The notes beneath the pieces were generated by a model. The model did no database searches and had not been told where the DNA came from. It saw only the letters and a list, made by a program, of their open reading frames with translations. Positions 20,687 through 30,834 of a stretch of DNA of 64,000 bases are shown here, piece after piece (positions within the stretch are counted from its first letter, which is position 1; every line of letters begins with the position of its first letter). Where the stretch lies: assembly GCA_945870025.1 (NCBI GenBank), contig CAMBQN010000002.1, positions 6,994 through 70,993 of the forward strand. Direction: 5' to 3'. Position numbers and translations under genes: made by a program. Source of the DNA: Akkermansia muciniphila. Its GTDB lineage: Bacteria; Verrucomicrobiota; Kiritimatiellia; RFP12; JAAYNR01.

Positions 20687-22420
20687 ATGGATCTACGCAC
20701 GCACGCACGACTCTCGCTCCGTTTTCTGGAGAACTCTACGAACCCGAAGATGGGGGACCTGCCCTATTTCTGGATCGATTTCGTGCGGAATCCGCCCGAA
20801 TTCGTCCACTGCATGGTGTTCGACGATGTGGAGAACTTCGGCCGGTGGCTCTATGCCATTTCCGCCGCTCAGGCCGTGAGCGGCACGGACGGCGCCGAGG
20901 AAACCCGCCGCGCCATGCTCCGCGAAATTGACCGCCGTCGGAACGGGCCCTACGGACTGCTTTACACATCCGACTACAGTCCACAGTATTGCCGCGGATT
21001 CACCGAGCATCATTCCTGGCTTTGGGGTGACCGGTCGGTTTTGCAGGGATGGGTGCTCAGCTATCGCTTCGCCACTGACGCGCGTCAGCGCGACGAACTC
21101 AAGCAACGCATCGATGCCATGGTGCAGGGGCTGAACGAGTTTTCGGTGAAACTGGGCCCCTGCGCTTTCTTCCCGACGTACACGCCCACGCGATCCTTCC
21201 GCAAGCGTGATGACATGATTCCGCCTCAGACCTCCGGGCCCCGGACCTGGGACGCGCTGTACAGTTCGGGCGTACCCTCCGACCCGCGCCAGTTGCCTTA
21301 CATCTCGGACAGCACCGGCGGCATGATTGCGCCGCTCGTGCAGTGGTATGAACTGACCGGCAATGCGGCGGCCCTGGAGCTGGCCGTCGGGCTGAGCCAT
21401 ACCATGGTCACCTACCACACTGTCGAAGGCAGCGTGACGAATCCGATCGGCTGCTTCTCCAACAACCACGGGGTCCTCAATGCCGTGGCAGGCGTGCTCG
21501 CGGCCAACCGCCACGCCTTCGAACGCCGGCATTTGATCTGGGCAAAGACGCTGTGGGAGTATTACGTTGCCCGCTGCGCTTCGTCGTTCGGGTGGGCGCC
21601 GGAGAATGAATCCGTGGACTACAGCAACCCGCTGGAGCGTCCTTCGTGCGAAGGGTGTGCCACGGTGGACATGGTGCGCGTGGGCGTGGAACTGGCGAAG
21701 GCGGGCTTCGTCGAATCCTGGGACATGATCGAGCGTTTTGTCCGAAACTACATGACTCAGGCCCAGATTCAACACGAAGTTCAACCTTTCACGCTGGATG
21801 GAGTGGCCGTGAACGATGTCTCGCGCCCTGGGATTGAATGCGAGCCGGAAGCGCTGCGGGACCGCAACGACGTGGGGCGTCGTTGCGTCGGCGCCCTGGC
21901 CGGTTGGGGCGCGCCGAACGACGTGCTCGATCCCCGCGGCCGTTTCGCGATGTGCGTGCAGAACTGTTGCAGCGGGCACCTGCCGTTGGGGTTGCTCAAC
22001 GTCTGGGAGCAGGTGGTCACACGGGAGCCAGACGGGGTCCGGGTCAACCTGCTGTTCGACCACGACAACGCGGACTGCACGGTTTCCGATTCGCAACCCG
22101 CAGAGGGACGGCTGGAGGTGCGGATGAAACGGAAGGGAATGGTCCGCGTGCGAATTCCGGACTGGGTTCCGGACGGATCGGTGCGTCTGGAGGTGGATGG
22201 CCGCGCCATCGACACGGCCTGGGAACCGCGGCCAAGCCGCTACGTCTGCGCGAACGACGTCCCCGCTGGCTGCACGGCCACGATCCTCTACCCGCTGCGC
22301 GAGCGCACGCTCACCGAGCGTCTTGGCGGCGAACTGTACACCACCCAGTGGAAGGGCGATACCGTGGTCGGGATCGATCCCGGCGGACGATTCATCCCGG
22401 TGTTCGGCGGGGGCGCGTAA
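20687..22420 (+). CDS. Divergent GH127/GH146-like (cysteine glycosidase-type) protein
   Basis: SCEGCATVD and QNCCSGH resemble the ETC and CC Zn ligands of GH127; C-terminal beta domain VRIPDW. Confidence 0.65.
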   Translation: MDLRTHARLSLRFLENSTNPKMGDLPYFWIDFVRNPPEFVHCMVFDDVENFGRWLYAISAAQAVSGTDGAEETRRAMLREIDRRRNGPYGLLYTSDYSPQYCRGFTEHHSWLWGDRSVLQGWVLSYRFATDARQRDELKQRIDAMVQGLNEFSVKLGPCAFFPTYTPTRSFRKRDDMIPPQTSGPRTWDALYSSGVPSDPRQLPYISDSTGGMIAPLVQWYELTGNAAALELAVGLSHTMVTYHTVEGSVTNPIGCFSNNHGVLNAVAGVLAANRHAFERRHLIWAKTLWEYYVARCASSFGWAPENESVDYSNPLERPSCEGCATVDMVRVGVELAKAGFVESWDMIERFVRNYMTQAQIQHEVQPFTLDGVAVNDVSRPGIECEPEALRDRNDVGRRCVGALAGWGAPNDVLDPRGRFAMCVQNCCSGHLPLGLLNVWEQVVTREPDGVRVNLLFDHDNADCTVSDSQPAEGRLEVRMKRKGMVRVRIPDWVPDGSVRLEVDGRAIDTAWEPRPSRYVCANDVPAGCTATILYPLRERTLTERLGGELYTTQWKGDTVVGIDPGGRFIPVFGGGA

Positions 22421-22422
22421 CT

Positions 22423-23433
22423 ATGAATTCAAGGCAGAGAGTGATGGCCGCGGTTGCGCGGCGGGAAGTGGATCGTGTTCCGGCGCGTTTTAACGGCTGG
22501 GGCGAGATTTCCATGAAGATCGCCCGTCATCTTGGGCTTGACGTTAGCCGCCCGGACTGGGAGATCGTCATGTACGAGCGGCTGGGCATCGACATGGTCA
22601 ATGGAAGCGCCTGGACGCCGCCGGGCGTTGAACCGCCGGACTTGGGTCCGGCGACGGCGCCCTGGAAGGATGCCGCCAGTGTGGCCGATCTGAATCCCGC
22701 CTGGGCGGAGTTCCATGCCAACCCCGCCAACGTCTCCTTTCAGCACATGGTGGAGTGGATGCGCGAGCGCGATCAGCGCGGCAATCCGCCGGCCCTCTTG
22801 ATCAAGGCCGGGATGATGTTTGGCACGATGCGCCGTTTGCGAGGGTGTGAGCAGGCGATGATGGACTTGGCCGACGGCAACGACATTCTCAACTACATCC
22901 TCGACGCCACCGAACAGCAGAATGTCGTGCTCCTCGACAAGGCGCACGCGGACCTGGGCGACCGTATCGACCTCTTCTATTTCGTCGAAGAGCTTGGCAT
23001 GCAGGATGGGTTGATGTATCCGCCGGGCATGATCCGCGAGCATTTCTTCCCGCGCCTGAAGCGGCTGTTTGCGCGGGCGCACGGCTACAGATACAAGGTG
23101 TTCTTTCACAGTTGCGGGGCGATTCGCGAACTGATTCCCGAGCTCATCGAACTGGGCGTGGACGTGCTTAATCCGATACAACCGGGCGGACAGGGCATGG
23201 CACCGGAGGAGCTGGCGCGGGATTTCGGCGGCAAGGTCTGCTTCTGCGGCGGGATGGACATGCAGCGGCTGATGCCGATGGGGAAGCCGGACGAGGTTCG
23301 CAAGGAGGCGGAGCGGTACATGCGCGTGCTGGCGCCGGGCTACATTCTCGACTACGCCAACATCCTTCACGAAGATATCCCGCCCGAGAACTCCCTGGCC
23401 ATGTATGCGGCCGACCGGATGTGCGGCGGGTGA
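22423..23433 (+). CDS. Uroporphyrinogen decarboxylase (URO-D/MtaA-like) family protein
   Basis: MNSRQRVMAAV..REVDRVP, FFHSCG, GVDVLNPIQ, FCGGMDMQ, DIPPEN. Confidence 0.88.
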   Translation: MNSRQRVMAAVARREVDRVPARFNGWGEISMKIARHLGLDVSRPDWEIVMYERLGIDMVNGSAWTPPGVEPPDLGPATAPWKDAASVADLNPAWAEFHANPANVSFQHMVEWMRERDQRGNPPALLIKAGMMFGTMRRLRGCEQAMMDLADGNDILNYILDATEQQNVVLLDKAHADLGDRIDLFYFVEELGMQDGLMYPPGMIREHFFPRLKRLFARAHGYRYKVFFHSCGAIRELIPELIELGVDVLNPIQPGGQGMAPEELARDFGGKVCFCGGMDMQRLMPMGKPDEVRKEAERYMRVLAPGYILDYANILHEDIPPENSLAMYAADRMCGG

Positions 23434-23471
23434 GAAAGGCTTAATAACGGCAACATAATCGGAAAAAACAC

Positions 23472-24479
23472 GTGAAAAAAGATCCCACAACGCCTGCCGG
23501 CACCATCCATCGCCTGTCGCTTGACAGCCAGGTGCTAGTCGGCAATCGGCTCGGTGATCCGGCCCGCCGCGAAATCGCCGTTTACGTGCCCCATGGGCAT
23601 GACGGCGGCGGTTTGCCGCTGCTCGTGAACGTCGTTGGCTTTACCTCCGGTGGCCCGGCCGAAACGAACTGGCAGAACTTCGGCGAGAACATGCCGGAAC
23701 GGCTCGATCGCCTGATTGCCACCGGCGCAATGGCGCCGTGCGTGGTGGCTTTTCCTGACTGCTTCACCCGCCTGGGCGGCAACCAGTATGTGAACTCGGC
23801 GGCGATGGGGCGTTGGGACGATTTTCTTTTGCAGGAGGCTGTCCCGTTTGTCGAACGCACGTTCGGTTGCGGCGGCACGGGCAAGCGCGGCATTTTCGGT
23901 CATTCCAGCGGCGGCTACGGCGCGATCGTGCATGCTCTGCTGCACGCTGATTTTTGGAGCGCGGCCGCCGTGCATTCCGGAGACATGGGGTTTGAGCTGC
24001 TCTACCGGCACGAATTTGCGGGGGTGCTGCGCGAGCTGGCTCGGTTCGGATTTGATTGCGGCAAATGGGTGGACACGTTCTGGGAATCGAAGAAATTCAA
24101 GGGCGCCGACATCAACGTCATCATGATTCTGGCGCAGGCCGCGAGTTTTGATCCTGACCTTTCTGCGCCCTACGGGATTCGCCTGCCGGTGACGCACGAC
24201 ACCTGCGAACTGATTTCGGAGCGCTGGAACAACTGGCTGCAGTGGGATCCGCTGACGCTGGTCGAGAAGCACGGCGCTGGTCTGAAACGGCTCAAGGCGC
24301 TCTACATCGACTGCGGCGACATCGATCAATACAATCTGGTTTATGGCGCGCGGCGTTTGCACCGCCGACTGGAGTCCCTCGGCGTGCCGCACCTGTATGA
24401 GGAATTTCCCGACGACCATTCATCGGTGGATTACCGGCTGGATGTCAGCCTGCCGGTGTTGGCCAAGGCGTTGAGGTAG
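23472..24479 (+). CDS. Alpha/beta-hydrolase esterase (enterochelin esterase-like)
   Basis: GHSSGGYG nucleophile elbow, DCG..DQY, DDHS. Confidence 0.85.
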   Translation: MKKDPTTPAGTIHRLSLDSQVLVGNRLGDPARREIAVYVPHGHDGGGLPLLVNVVGFTSGGPAETNWQNFGENMPERLDRLIATGAMAPCVVAFPDCFTRLGGNQYVNSAAMGRWDDFLLQEAVPFVERTFGCGGTGKRGIFGHSSGGYGAIVHALLHADFWSAAAVHSGDMGFELLYRHEFAGVLRELARFGFDCGKWVDTFWESKKFKGADINVIMILAQAASFDPDLSAPYGIRLPVTHDTCELISERWNNWLQWDPLTLVEKHGAGLKRLKALYIDCGDIDQYNLVYGARRLHRRLESLGVPHLYEEFPDDHSSVDYRLDVSLPVLAKALR

Positions 24480-24490
24480 TAGTGGGGTGT

Positions 24491-24514
24491 AGGTTTCAGG
24501 TGTCAGGTGTCAGG
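24491..24514 (+). repeat. Heptamer tandem repeat (CAGGTKT-type)
   Basis: AGGTTT CAGGTGT CAGGTGT CAGG; same unit as the element at 56206-56355. Confidence 0.6.
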
Positions 24515-24524
24515 AGATCACAAC

Positions 24525-26207
24525 ATGTCAAACAACTTTGTCTTGCGCCAAAATGATCGCATTGTTTTTCTTGGCGATTCCATCACCGAGCAGCAACTCT
24601 ATACGAATTACGTCGAGGCCTATTTGGCATCGCGTTATCCGGAACTGAAGCTGACGTTCTTCAACGCCGGCTGGGGCGGCGACACGGCACCCGGCGGCTG
24701 CGCGCGTTTGGAGCGTGATGTGCTGGCGCTCAAGCCGGACGTGGTCACGATCTGCTACGGCATGAACGACGGCGGCTACTGCCCCATGAAGCCAGAGATC
24801 CGCGATGCGTTTGTGGGTGGCATGCGGCAGTTGGTGAGTCGGTTGAAGGCGGCGGAGGTGCGGGTGGTGCTGCTGACTCCGGGGATGGTGGATGTGACCG
24901 TGAATTCGGATCTCAGCAAGGTCGAGTACAACACCCGGTCGTTGCGCGCGCTGGCCGATGAGGTGCTGGCGTTGGCGGCAGCCGAGCAGTTGCCGGTCGC
25001 CGACCTGCACCGATTGATGAATGACGTGGAGGCTGCGGCCAAGGCGGCGGATCCAGCCTTCTGCATGGTCCCAGACAGCGTGCATCCGGATCCGGCCGGA
25101 CATCTGGTCATGGCATTCGGCCTGCTTCAGGCGCTGGGCGTGCCGCCGCGCCACGAGGAGGTGACGGTTGATCTGACCACACGGCAAGCGACAGGAACGT
25201 CTGAGATCGGCATCAAGCACGTGCGTCATACTCGAAAAGGTGACACGGTGGACGTGCGACTGGACAAGCTTCCCTTCTTTGTTGAGCCGGCCGCGCGCAA
25301 GGTGCTGCCGTTTCTGCCGTTTCAAGAAACATACAATGAGGTCAAACTGCGCGTGACAGGGATCGCACAAGAGCGGGCGTACGTCCGCACGGGTGCCACC
25401 CGCACGGCGTCCATGCCGCGCGCGTTCTTCGCGCAGGGGATCAACCTGCTCGATCTGCGCGGCGGTGCCGCGATGAAAGCCGCGGCGACGCTGCACGCTT
25501 ATACACGGGAGAAGGATCAGATCTATTTCCGCCTGTGGCGGGTGGTGGCGCTCAATAATAGCAATGCCACTGGCTATAGCGCAGCCGTGCACAAAGAGGC
25601 GATCCGGCTGGGTCCGGGTCTCGACCGCGCGCGGGACCGCATGCTGAGCAAGTCCGCGCTGACCCTGCGTCTGGTCGTGTCGCCCACGGAGCAGACGGGC
25701 GAGAGGGTGGACAACGGCGATTTCATTGGCCGCTGGAGTGTTCTCGGTCCGTTTGGCAAACCCTTTGCCGATGACAAGGTGGGTGGCGAGGCGGCCCTCA
25801 CGGCGACAGTCCCTGCGCTGGCGAGCAACTGGTTGGCCGTTGATCTGGATTTGGATGGTTTGGCGAACAACCTGACGTCGGTATTCGGCGTGCGCACCGA
25901 CTCGTTCGTGTATGCGCTCACCACGCTCGACTCGCCCGTGGAACAGGATGCGGAACTGTTGCTGGGATCGGACGACGGCTTTGCCGTCTGGCTCAACGGC
26001 GAAACGATCGGCGCCAACCTCGGGATCGGCCGCTGGGCGCAGCCGGATTCCGACCGGTTCCCGGTGCGACTCAAAAAAGGGCGCAATGTGCTGCTGGTGA
26101 AGATCACGCAAATGAGCGGCGAGTGGGGGTTCTGCGTGCGCTTTGGCGGGTTGCGGTCGCCGATCTGGGCCGTTCGCCACGACGAATGCCCAACGCTCAA
26201 CGTTTAA
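24525..26207 (+). CDS. SGNH/GDSL hydrolase with C-terminal beta-sandwich domain
   Basis: FLGDSIT, GWGGD, YGMND, DSVHP; C-terminal LGSDDGFAVWLNG...LKKGRNVLLVK. Confidence 0.87.
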   Translation: MSNNFVLRQNDRIVFLGDSITEQQLYTNYVEAYLASRYPELKLTFFNAGWGGDTAPGGCARLERDVLALKPDVVTICYGMNDGGYCPMKPEIRDAFVGGMRQLVSRLKAAEVRVVLLTPGMVDVTVNSDLSKVEYNTRSLRALADEVLALAAAEQLPVADLHRLMNDVEAAAKAADPAFCMVPDSVHPDPAGHLVMAFGLLQALGVPPRHEEVTVDLTTRQATGTSEIGIKHVRHTRKGDTVDVRLDKLPFFVEPAARKVLPFLPFQETYNEVKLRVTGIAQERAYVRTGATRTASMPRAFFAQGINLLDLRGGAAMKAAATLHAYTREKDQIYFRLWRVVALNNSNATGYSAAVHKEAIRLGPGLDRARDRMLSKSALTLRLVVSPTEQTGERVDNGDFIGRWSVLGPFGKPFADDKVGGEAALTATVPALASNWLAVDLDLDGLANNLTSVFGVRTDSFVYALTTLDSPVEQDAELLLGSDDGFAVWLNGETIGANLGIGRWAQPDSDRFPVRLKKGRNVLLVKITQMSGEWGFCVRFGGLRSPIWAVRHDECPTLNV

Positions 26208-26242
26208 CAATCAACTTCCAACTTCCAACAACCAACAACCAA
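26191..26242 (+). repeat. Degenerate heptamer tandem repeat (CAACNNY-type)
   Basis: CAACGCT CAACGTT TAACAAT CAACTTC CAACTTC CAACAAC CAACAAC CAA. Confidence 0.6.
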
Positions 26243-26269
26243 GAATAAGAGGCGAGAGGATCAGCACTT

Positions 26270-29200
26270 ATGATGAATCAAGATTGGCAGCGTCGGGTAG
26301 GTCGGTGGCGTGAGACCATGCCTCGCCTTTTTTATCGCGAACTCGGGACCCTTGACCTGCAAGGGTTCTGCACGATGGAGCACATCACTTTGGAGCAGGC
26401 AAAAAAACAGAAGTTCCGTCCGATGCCGGCGGGCACGGAGTGGGGTGCCAAGTGGGAATACGCCTGGTTCCGGGGCGAGGTGGTCGTGCCCAAGACCGCG
26501 AAGGGCGAACGCATCGCGCTACGCATCGAGACGGGTGGCGAATCGGCGATCTTTGTCAATGGCGTCGCTACCGGCGCGAAAGGGTGGTCGGATCGCGAGA
26601 TCACGCTGACACGCAAAGCCAAGGGCGGCGAGAAGTTCAGTATCCTTGTGGAAAGTTATGGCGGACACGGGCCAATGGAATGCGGTGGCGGCCCTTATGA
26701 ATACGGACGGGAGGCCGTCCCGGAGCCGCCCGCGAAGCAGACCAAGGTGGGTGTGACCACCTTCGGCATCTGGGAGGAGGAACTGTTCCAACTCCGGATG
26801 GACACCGAGACGCTGGCGCAATTTGTCGAGCACACGCAGGAGAAGGAGTCGTTGCGGGTCGCGGAAGTGACCGAGGCGCTCAATGAGATGTCGCTGGTCG
26901 TGGACTTGGAGTTGCCCCGCGCCGAGATGATGAAGACCGTGCGCGCCGGCCGGAAGATCCTGCAGCCGCTGCTGGCGGCGCGCAATGGCACCAGCGCCGC
27001 GACGCTGCACACCTTTGGTCATTCGCACATCGACGTGGCCTGGCTCTGGCCGCTTCAGGAAACGGAGCGGAAGTGCTGCCGCACCTTTGCCTCGCAACTG
27101 GCGCTGATGGCGGAATACCCGGAATACCGCTTCCTGCAGAGTCAGACGCACCTCTATCAAATGGCCAAGACGCTCTACCCGGCGCTTTACGAGCGTATCA
27201 AGAAGGCTGTGCGCGCCGGGCAATGGATTCCCGATGGCGGCATGTGGGTGGAGCCGGACACCAACGTCACCGGCGGCGAGTCGCTGATCCGCCAGTTCCT
27301 CCATGGCAAGCGTTTCTTCCGCGAAGAATTCGGCGTGGACAGTCGGCTGATGTGGCTGCCGGATGTGTTCGGCTACTCCGCCGCGCTGCCGCAGATCATG
27401 GCCGGGTGCGGCATTGATTACTTCTCCACGCAAAAGCTTGCCTGGACCTACAGCGGCGGCTACCAGTTCCCACACAACTGGTTCTGGTGGGAGGGGCTGG
27501 ATGGCTCGCGTGTGCTCTCCTATCTCCACAACGACTACAACTCTACGACCAATCCCGAAAAGACGCTGACACGCTGGCATGAACGGGTTCAAAAGGAGGG
27601 CTGGCACAAGACCCGGCTCGTGCCGTTTGGGCATGGCGATGGCGGTGGCGGACCGACCCGCGAGCACCTCGAGTACCTGCGACGTCAGCAGGACTTCCAA
27701 GGGTTGCCGAAGTGCCGGCAGGAAGCACCCGTGGCATTTTTCGACGAAATGGTGCGCTCGCCAGACCGCGAGAAGGTGCCGACCTGGGTGGGCGAGCTCT
27801 ATCTGCAGGTGCATCGGGGTACCTACACCACGCAGGCGAAGACCAAGAAGGGGAACCGTCTGTCGGAGTTCGGTTTGCGCGAAGCCGAGCTCTGGGGCGC
27901 CGCCGCCGCCTGGCTGGCGGAGGCCGCCTATCCGCTGGCCCGTGCGGATCAACTCTGGAAGGATGTGCTCCTCTGCCAGTTCCATGACATCATTCCCGGC
28001 TCCTCCATCCATCGCGTGTACGAGGAAGCGGAGGCCATGCATGCCGCTGTCATTCGTGACGCACGTGCGATTGCGGACAAGGCTAGGCAGGCGTTGGTGC
28101 AGAAATCCGCCAGCGCCATCACCGTGTTCAACTCCCTCTCCTGGGAGCGGGAGGCCCTGATCGAACTTCCGGCCGGTTTCGCGGGCGCGCAGGATGCCGC
28201 GGGCAACTCGCTGCCTGTTCAGGTGGTGGACGGTCGCACGCAGGCGCTCACGCCCAAGCTGCCGCCCTGCGGCTGGCTGACGTTGCGCAAGGCCGCTCCG
28301 GCTGCGTCGGCCAGGAGCGCGGTGCGCGCGACCAAGCTGTCGCTGGAGAATGAGCTCGTCAAGCTGACGCTCAATGCCGACGGCGAGATCACGAGCATCC
28401 GGGACCTGACCTGCGATCGCGAGATGGCCGCCGGTCCTTGCAACGCGTTCAAGCTCTACAAGGACGTGCCGAGCTGGTTCGACGCCTGGGACATCGACAG
28501 CCCTTACAAGTTCCAGCCCGTGGCGCTCGACGCCAGGGCCAGGATCGAAGTCGTGGCCAATGGCCCGCTCGTGGCGACGCTGCGCGTCACCCGGCAGATC
28601 AACGAGTCCGAGCTGATGCAGGAGATCTCGGTGCGAGCCGATTCGCCGCGCGTGGAGTTCCGCACCCGAATCAACTGGCAGGAGAAGCACAAGCTCCTGA
28701 AGGTTAACTTCCCGGTCACCGTGCACAGCGAGGACGCCCTGCACGAGATCCAGTTCGGTCATGTGCGACGCCCCACGCACGACTCGATGGAGTACGATGC
28801 CTCACGCTTCGAGGTCTGCAACCAGAAGTGGACCGCGCTGACGGAAGAAGGGCGCGGCGCGGCGGTGCTGAACAACTGCAAGTACGGCGTGAGTGTGGAA
28901 GGCAACAGCATCAACCTGACCCTGCTGCGCGCCCCGATGTCGCCGGACATGACGGCGGATCGCGGTGTGCAGGAGTTCGCCTATGCGTTTCAGTGCTGGA
29001 ACAATGCCGCCTTCCGTGACGCCGGCATTGTGCAGAGCGGCTACGACTTCAACGTGCCGGTCACGGTTCAGTCGGGCGACGCGGGCACGGCCAGCCTCTT
29101 CGCACTGGATGCGCCCAACGTCATCATCGAGACGGTCAAGCTGGCCGAGGATGGCTCTGGCGATGTGATCGTGCGGCTTTATGAAGCGATGCGCACCGCC

Positions 29201-29356
29201 ACCACCTGCACGCTCACCTTCGCACTGCCGGCGAAGCGGGTGGCAACGGTCAACATGCTGGAGGAGAAACAGGGCGTCGCGAAAATCAAGAACGGCAAGG
29301 TCGCACTGGACCTGCGCCCCTTTGAGATCCGCACGCTGAGGTTCAGTCGGGGGTAG
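26270..29356 (+). CDS. GH38 alpha-mannosidase (class 2C type)
   Basis: GHSHIDVAWLWP, GGMWVEPD, WLPDVFGY, FGHGDGGGGP, HRGTYT, QFHDIIPGSSI. Confidence 0.95.
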   Translation: MMNQDWQRRVGRWRETMPRLFYRELGTLDLQGFCTMEHITLEQAKKQKFRPMPAGTEWGAKWEYAWFRGEVVVPKTAKGERIALRIETGGESAIFVNGVATGAKGWSDREITLTRKAKGGEKFSILVESYGGHGPMECGGGPYEYGREAVPEPPAKQTKVGVTTFGIWEEELFQLRMDTETLAQFVEHTQEKESLRVAEVTEALNEMSLVVDLELPRAEMMKTVRAGRKILQPLLAARNGTSAATLHTFGHSHIDVAWLWPLQETERKCCRTFASQLALMAEYPEYRFLQSQTHLYQMAKTLYPALYERIKKAVRAGQWIPDGGMWVEPDTNVTGGESLIRQFLHGKRFFREEFGVDSRLMWLPDVFGYSAALPQIMAGCGIDYFSTQKLAWTYSGGYQFPHNWFWWEGLDGSRVLSYLHNDYNSTTNPEKTLTRWHERVQKEGWHKTRLVPFGHGDGGGGPTREHLEYLRRQQDFQGLPKCRQEAPVAFFDEMVRSPDREKVPTWVGELYLQVHRGTYTTQAKTKKGNRLSEFGLREAELWGAAAAWLAEAAYPLARADQLWKDVLLCQFHDIIPGSSIHRVYEEAEAMHAAVIRDARAIADKARQALVQKSASAITVFNSLSWEREALIELPAGFAGAQDAAGNSLPVQVVDGRTQALTPKLPPCGWLTLRKAAPAASARSAVRATKLSLENELVKLTLNADGEITSIRDLTCDREMAAGPCNAFKLYKDVPSWFDAWDIDSPYKFQPVALDARARIEVVANGPLVATLRVTRQINESELMQEISVRADSPRVEFRTRINWQEKHKLLKVNFPVTVHSEDALHEIQFGHVRRPTHDSMEYDASRFEVCNQKWTALTEEGRGAAVLNNCKYGVSVEGNSINLTLLRAPMSPDMTADRGVQEFAYAFQCWNNAAFRDAGIVQSGYDFNVPVTVQSGDAGTASLFALDAPNVIIETVKLAEDGSGDVIVRLYEAMRTATTCTLTFALPAKRVATVNMLEEKQGVAKIKNGKVALDLRPFEIRTLRFSRG

Positions 29357-29370
29357 GAGCGGAGGCGAGG

Positions 29371-29450
29371 CCCGTCGAAACCCGTCGCATCCCATCGAGA
29401 CCCATCGACAGGATGCGACAGGATTCGACGGGTTTCGATGGGTTTCGAAA
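29371..29450. repeat. Palindromic array of decamer repeats
   Basis: CCCGTCGAAA CCCGTCGCAT CCCATCGAGA CCCATCGACA followed by inverted copies ...TTCGACGGG TTTCGATGGG TTTCGA. Confidence 0.7.
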
Positions 29451-29454
29451 AGAA

Positions 29455-30834
29455 ATGAACACGATGAAAATCATCCAGGTCGATCCTTCAGGTTGGGGGT
29501 TCCGGGAACGGAATTCCGGCGCCTCGTTCACACCGTGGGGGTGCAACTACTATGATCCTGCGACGGGATGGGCCCCTCGTATCTGGGAGCAGTTCGATCC
29601 GGTTCGGGTCGGAGAGCACCTGGATCACATCCGGACCATTGGCGCGAATACCATCCGCGTCTTCAGCACCATTCAGAATCTTCTCGAGAGCCCCCATCGC
29701 GTGCGCGCGGCGGGTATCGCCAAGATGATGAAGATGCTCGCGCTGGCCGAAGCCAGGGGGCTGCGGGTGATCTGGTCCGGACCCAGCCGGTGGGAGGGAA
29801 GGCCGGACTGGTGGCGCGAAGACGCACCCTACGAAGTTTGCGCCCGTGACGATCTCATGGCCGCACTGGAGACTGCATGGCGTGGTATGGGGAATGCCTT
29901 TCGTGGCCACCCGGCGCTGTTCGCGTACGACTTGCAGAACGAGCCTTATGCCCCCTCCTTGCCCACGCCAGCCATGAATCAGTGCTGGGCCCGGTGGCGT
30001 GCCGCGCACGTTCCTGATGCACCGGAGAGTCTGCCCACGCCGCCGGTCCGGGAGGGCGAACGGTGGCTGACGGCGGTGCACCGTTTCCGCGAGGATCTGG
30101 CGACGGAGTACGTCCGGCGCATGGCTACCGCCGTCCGTGAAACCGACGACACGCATCTGGTCACCATTGGCATGCACCAGAAAAGCGTTCCGTTCGACTG
30201 GTATCCGCCGGATTCCTATATCGCCTTCAACCCGCATCGCATGGCCGCGTATCTGGACTACACCTCGATCCACTTCTATCCGCACCACAACTGGCATCCG
30301 AATCTGTACCGTGATCCTTGTGAGACGCCCGACGGGATGCAGGAAACCCTCTGGCATGCCCGCGCCATTTGCCGCTATATGCACATCCCGGGCAAGCCGC
30401 TGGTCATGGAGGAGTGCGGCTGGTACTCGGGCGGCAATGTGCCGATCGGCGGTCGTGAGCAGCCCTGGCGCTCGGAGGAGCAGCAGACCGACTGGTGCGT
30501 CAGGCTGGTCAAGGCGACCCGCGGCGACGTCTGCGGCTGGCTGTTCTGGCCCTACCAGGACACGCCGACGGCCTCGGATTTCAGCCGTGGCAGCGGGCTC
30601 TACACGGCCGACGGAAAACTCAAGGATTGGGGGCGGGCCTTTGCGCGCCTGGCACCCCGGATCACTGCCGGCAGACCTGTCCGGACTACGGCTTCACGCA
30701 CTTTGGCCTTGCCCTGGGCAGAGCTTGTCACGGAGCCTGACGCCGTCAAATTTTTTCGGGCGCAATATCTGGATTTGTTCCGGCGCGGCAAGGTGATGGA
30801 CTTCGCGATAGGAAAGAAAGGACCGATGATATGA
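29455..30834 (+). CDS. Clan GH-A (GH5-like) glycoside hydrolase
   Basis: GANTIRVF, YDLQNEP (acid/base), HFYP, LVMEECG (nucleophile), GWLFW. Confidence 0.8.
   Translation: MNTMKIIQVDPSGWGFRERNSGASFTPWGCNYYDPATGWAPRIWEQFDPVRVGEHLDHIRTIGANTIRVFSTIQNLLESPHRVRAAGIAKMMKMLALAEARGLRVIWSGPSRWEGRPDWWREDAPYEVCARDDLMAALETAWRGMGNAFRGHPALFAYDLQNEPYAPSLPTPAMNQCWARWRAAHVPDAPESLPTPPVREGERWLTAVHRFREDLATEYVRRMATAVRETDDTHLVTIGMHQKSVPFDWYPPDSYIAFNPHRMAAYLDYTSIHFYPHHNWHPNLYRDPCETPDGMQETLWHARAICRYMHIPGKPLVMEECGWYSGGNVPIGGREQPWRSEEQQTDWCVRLVKATRGDVCGWLFWPYQDTPTASDFSRGSGLYTADGKLKDWGRAFARLAPRITAGRPVRTTASRTLALPWAELVTEPDAVKFFRAQYLDLFRRGKVMDFAIGKKGPMI

Noticed and set aside
21838-22422. Long N-terminal extension of the URO-D ORF
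   Set aside because: It overlaps the GH127-like gene in another frame with Arg/Gly-rich junk composition; the family-typical start MNSRQRV is at 22423.
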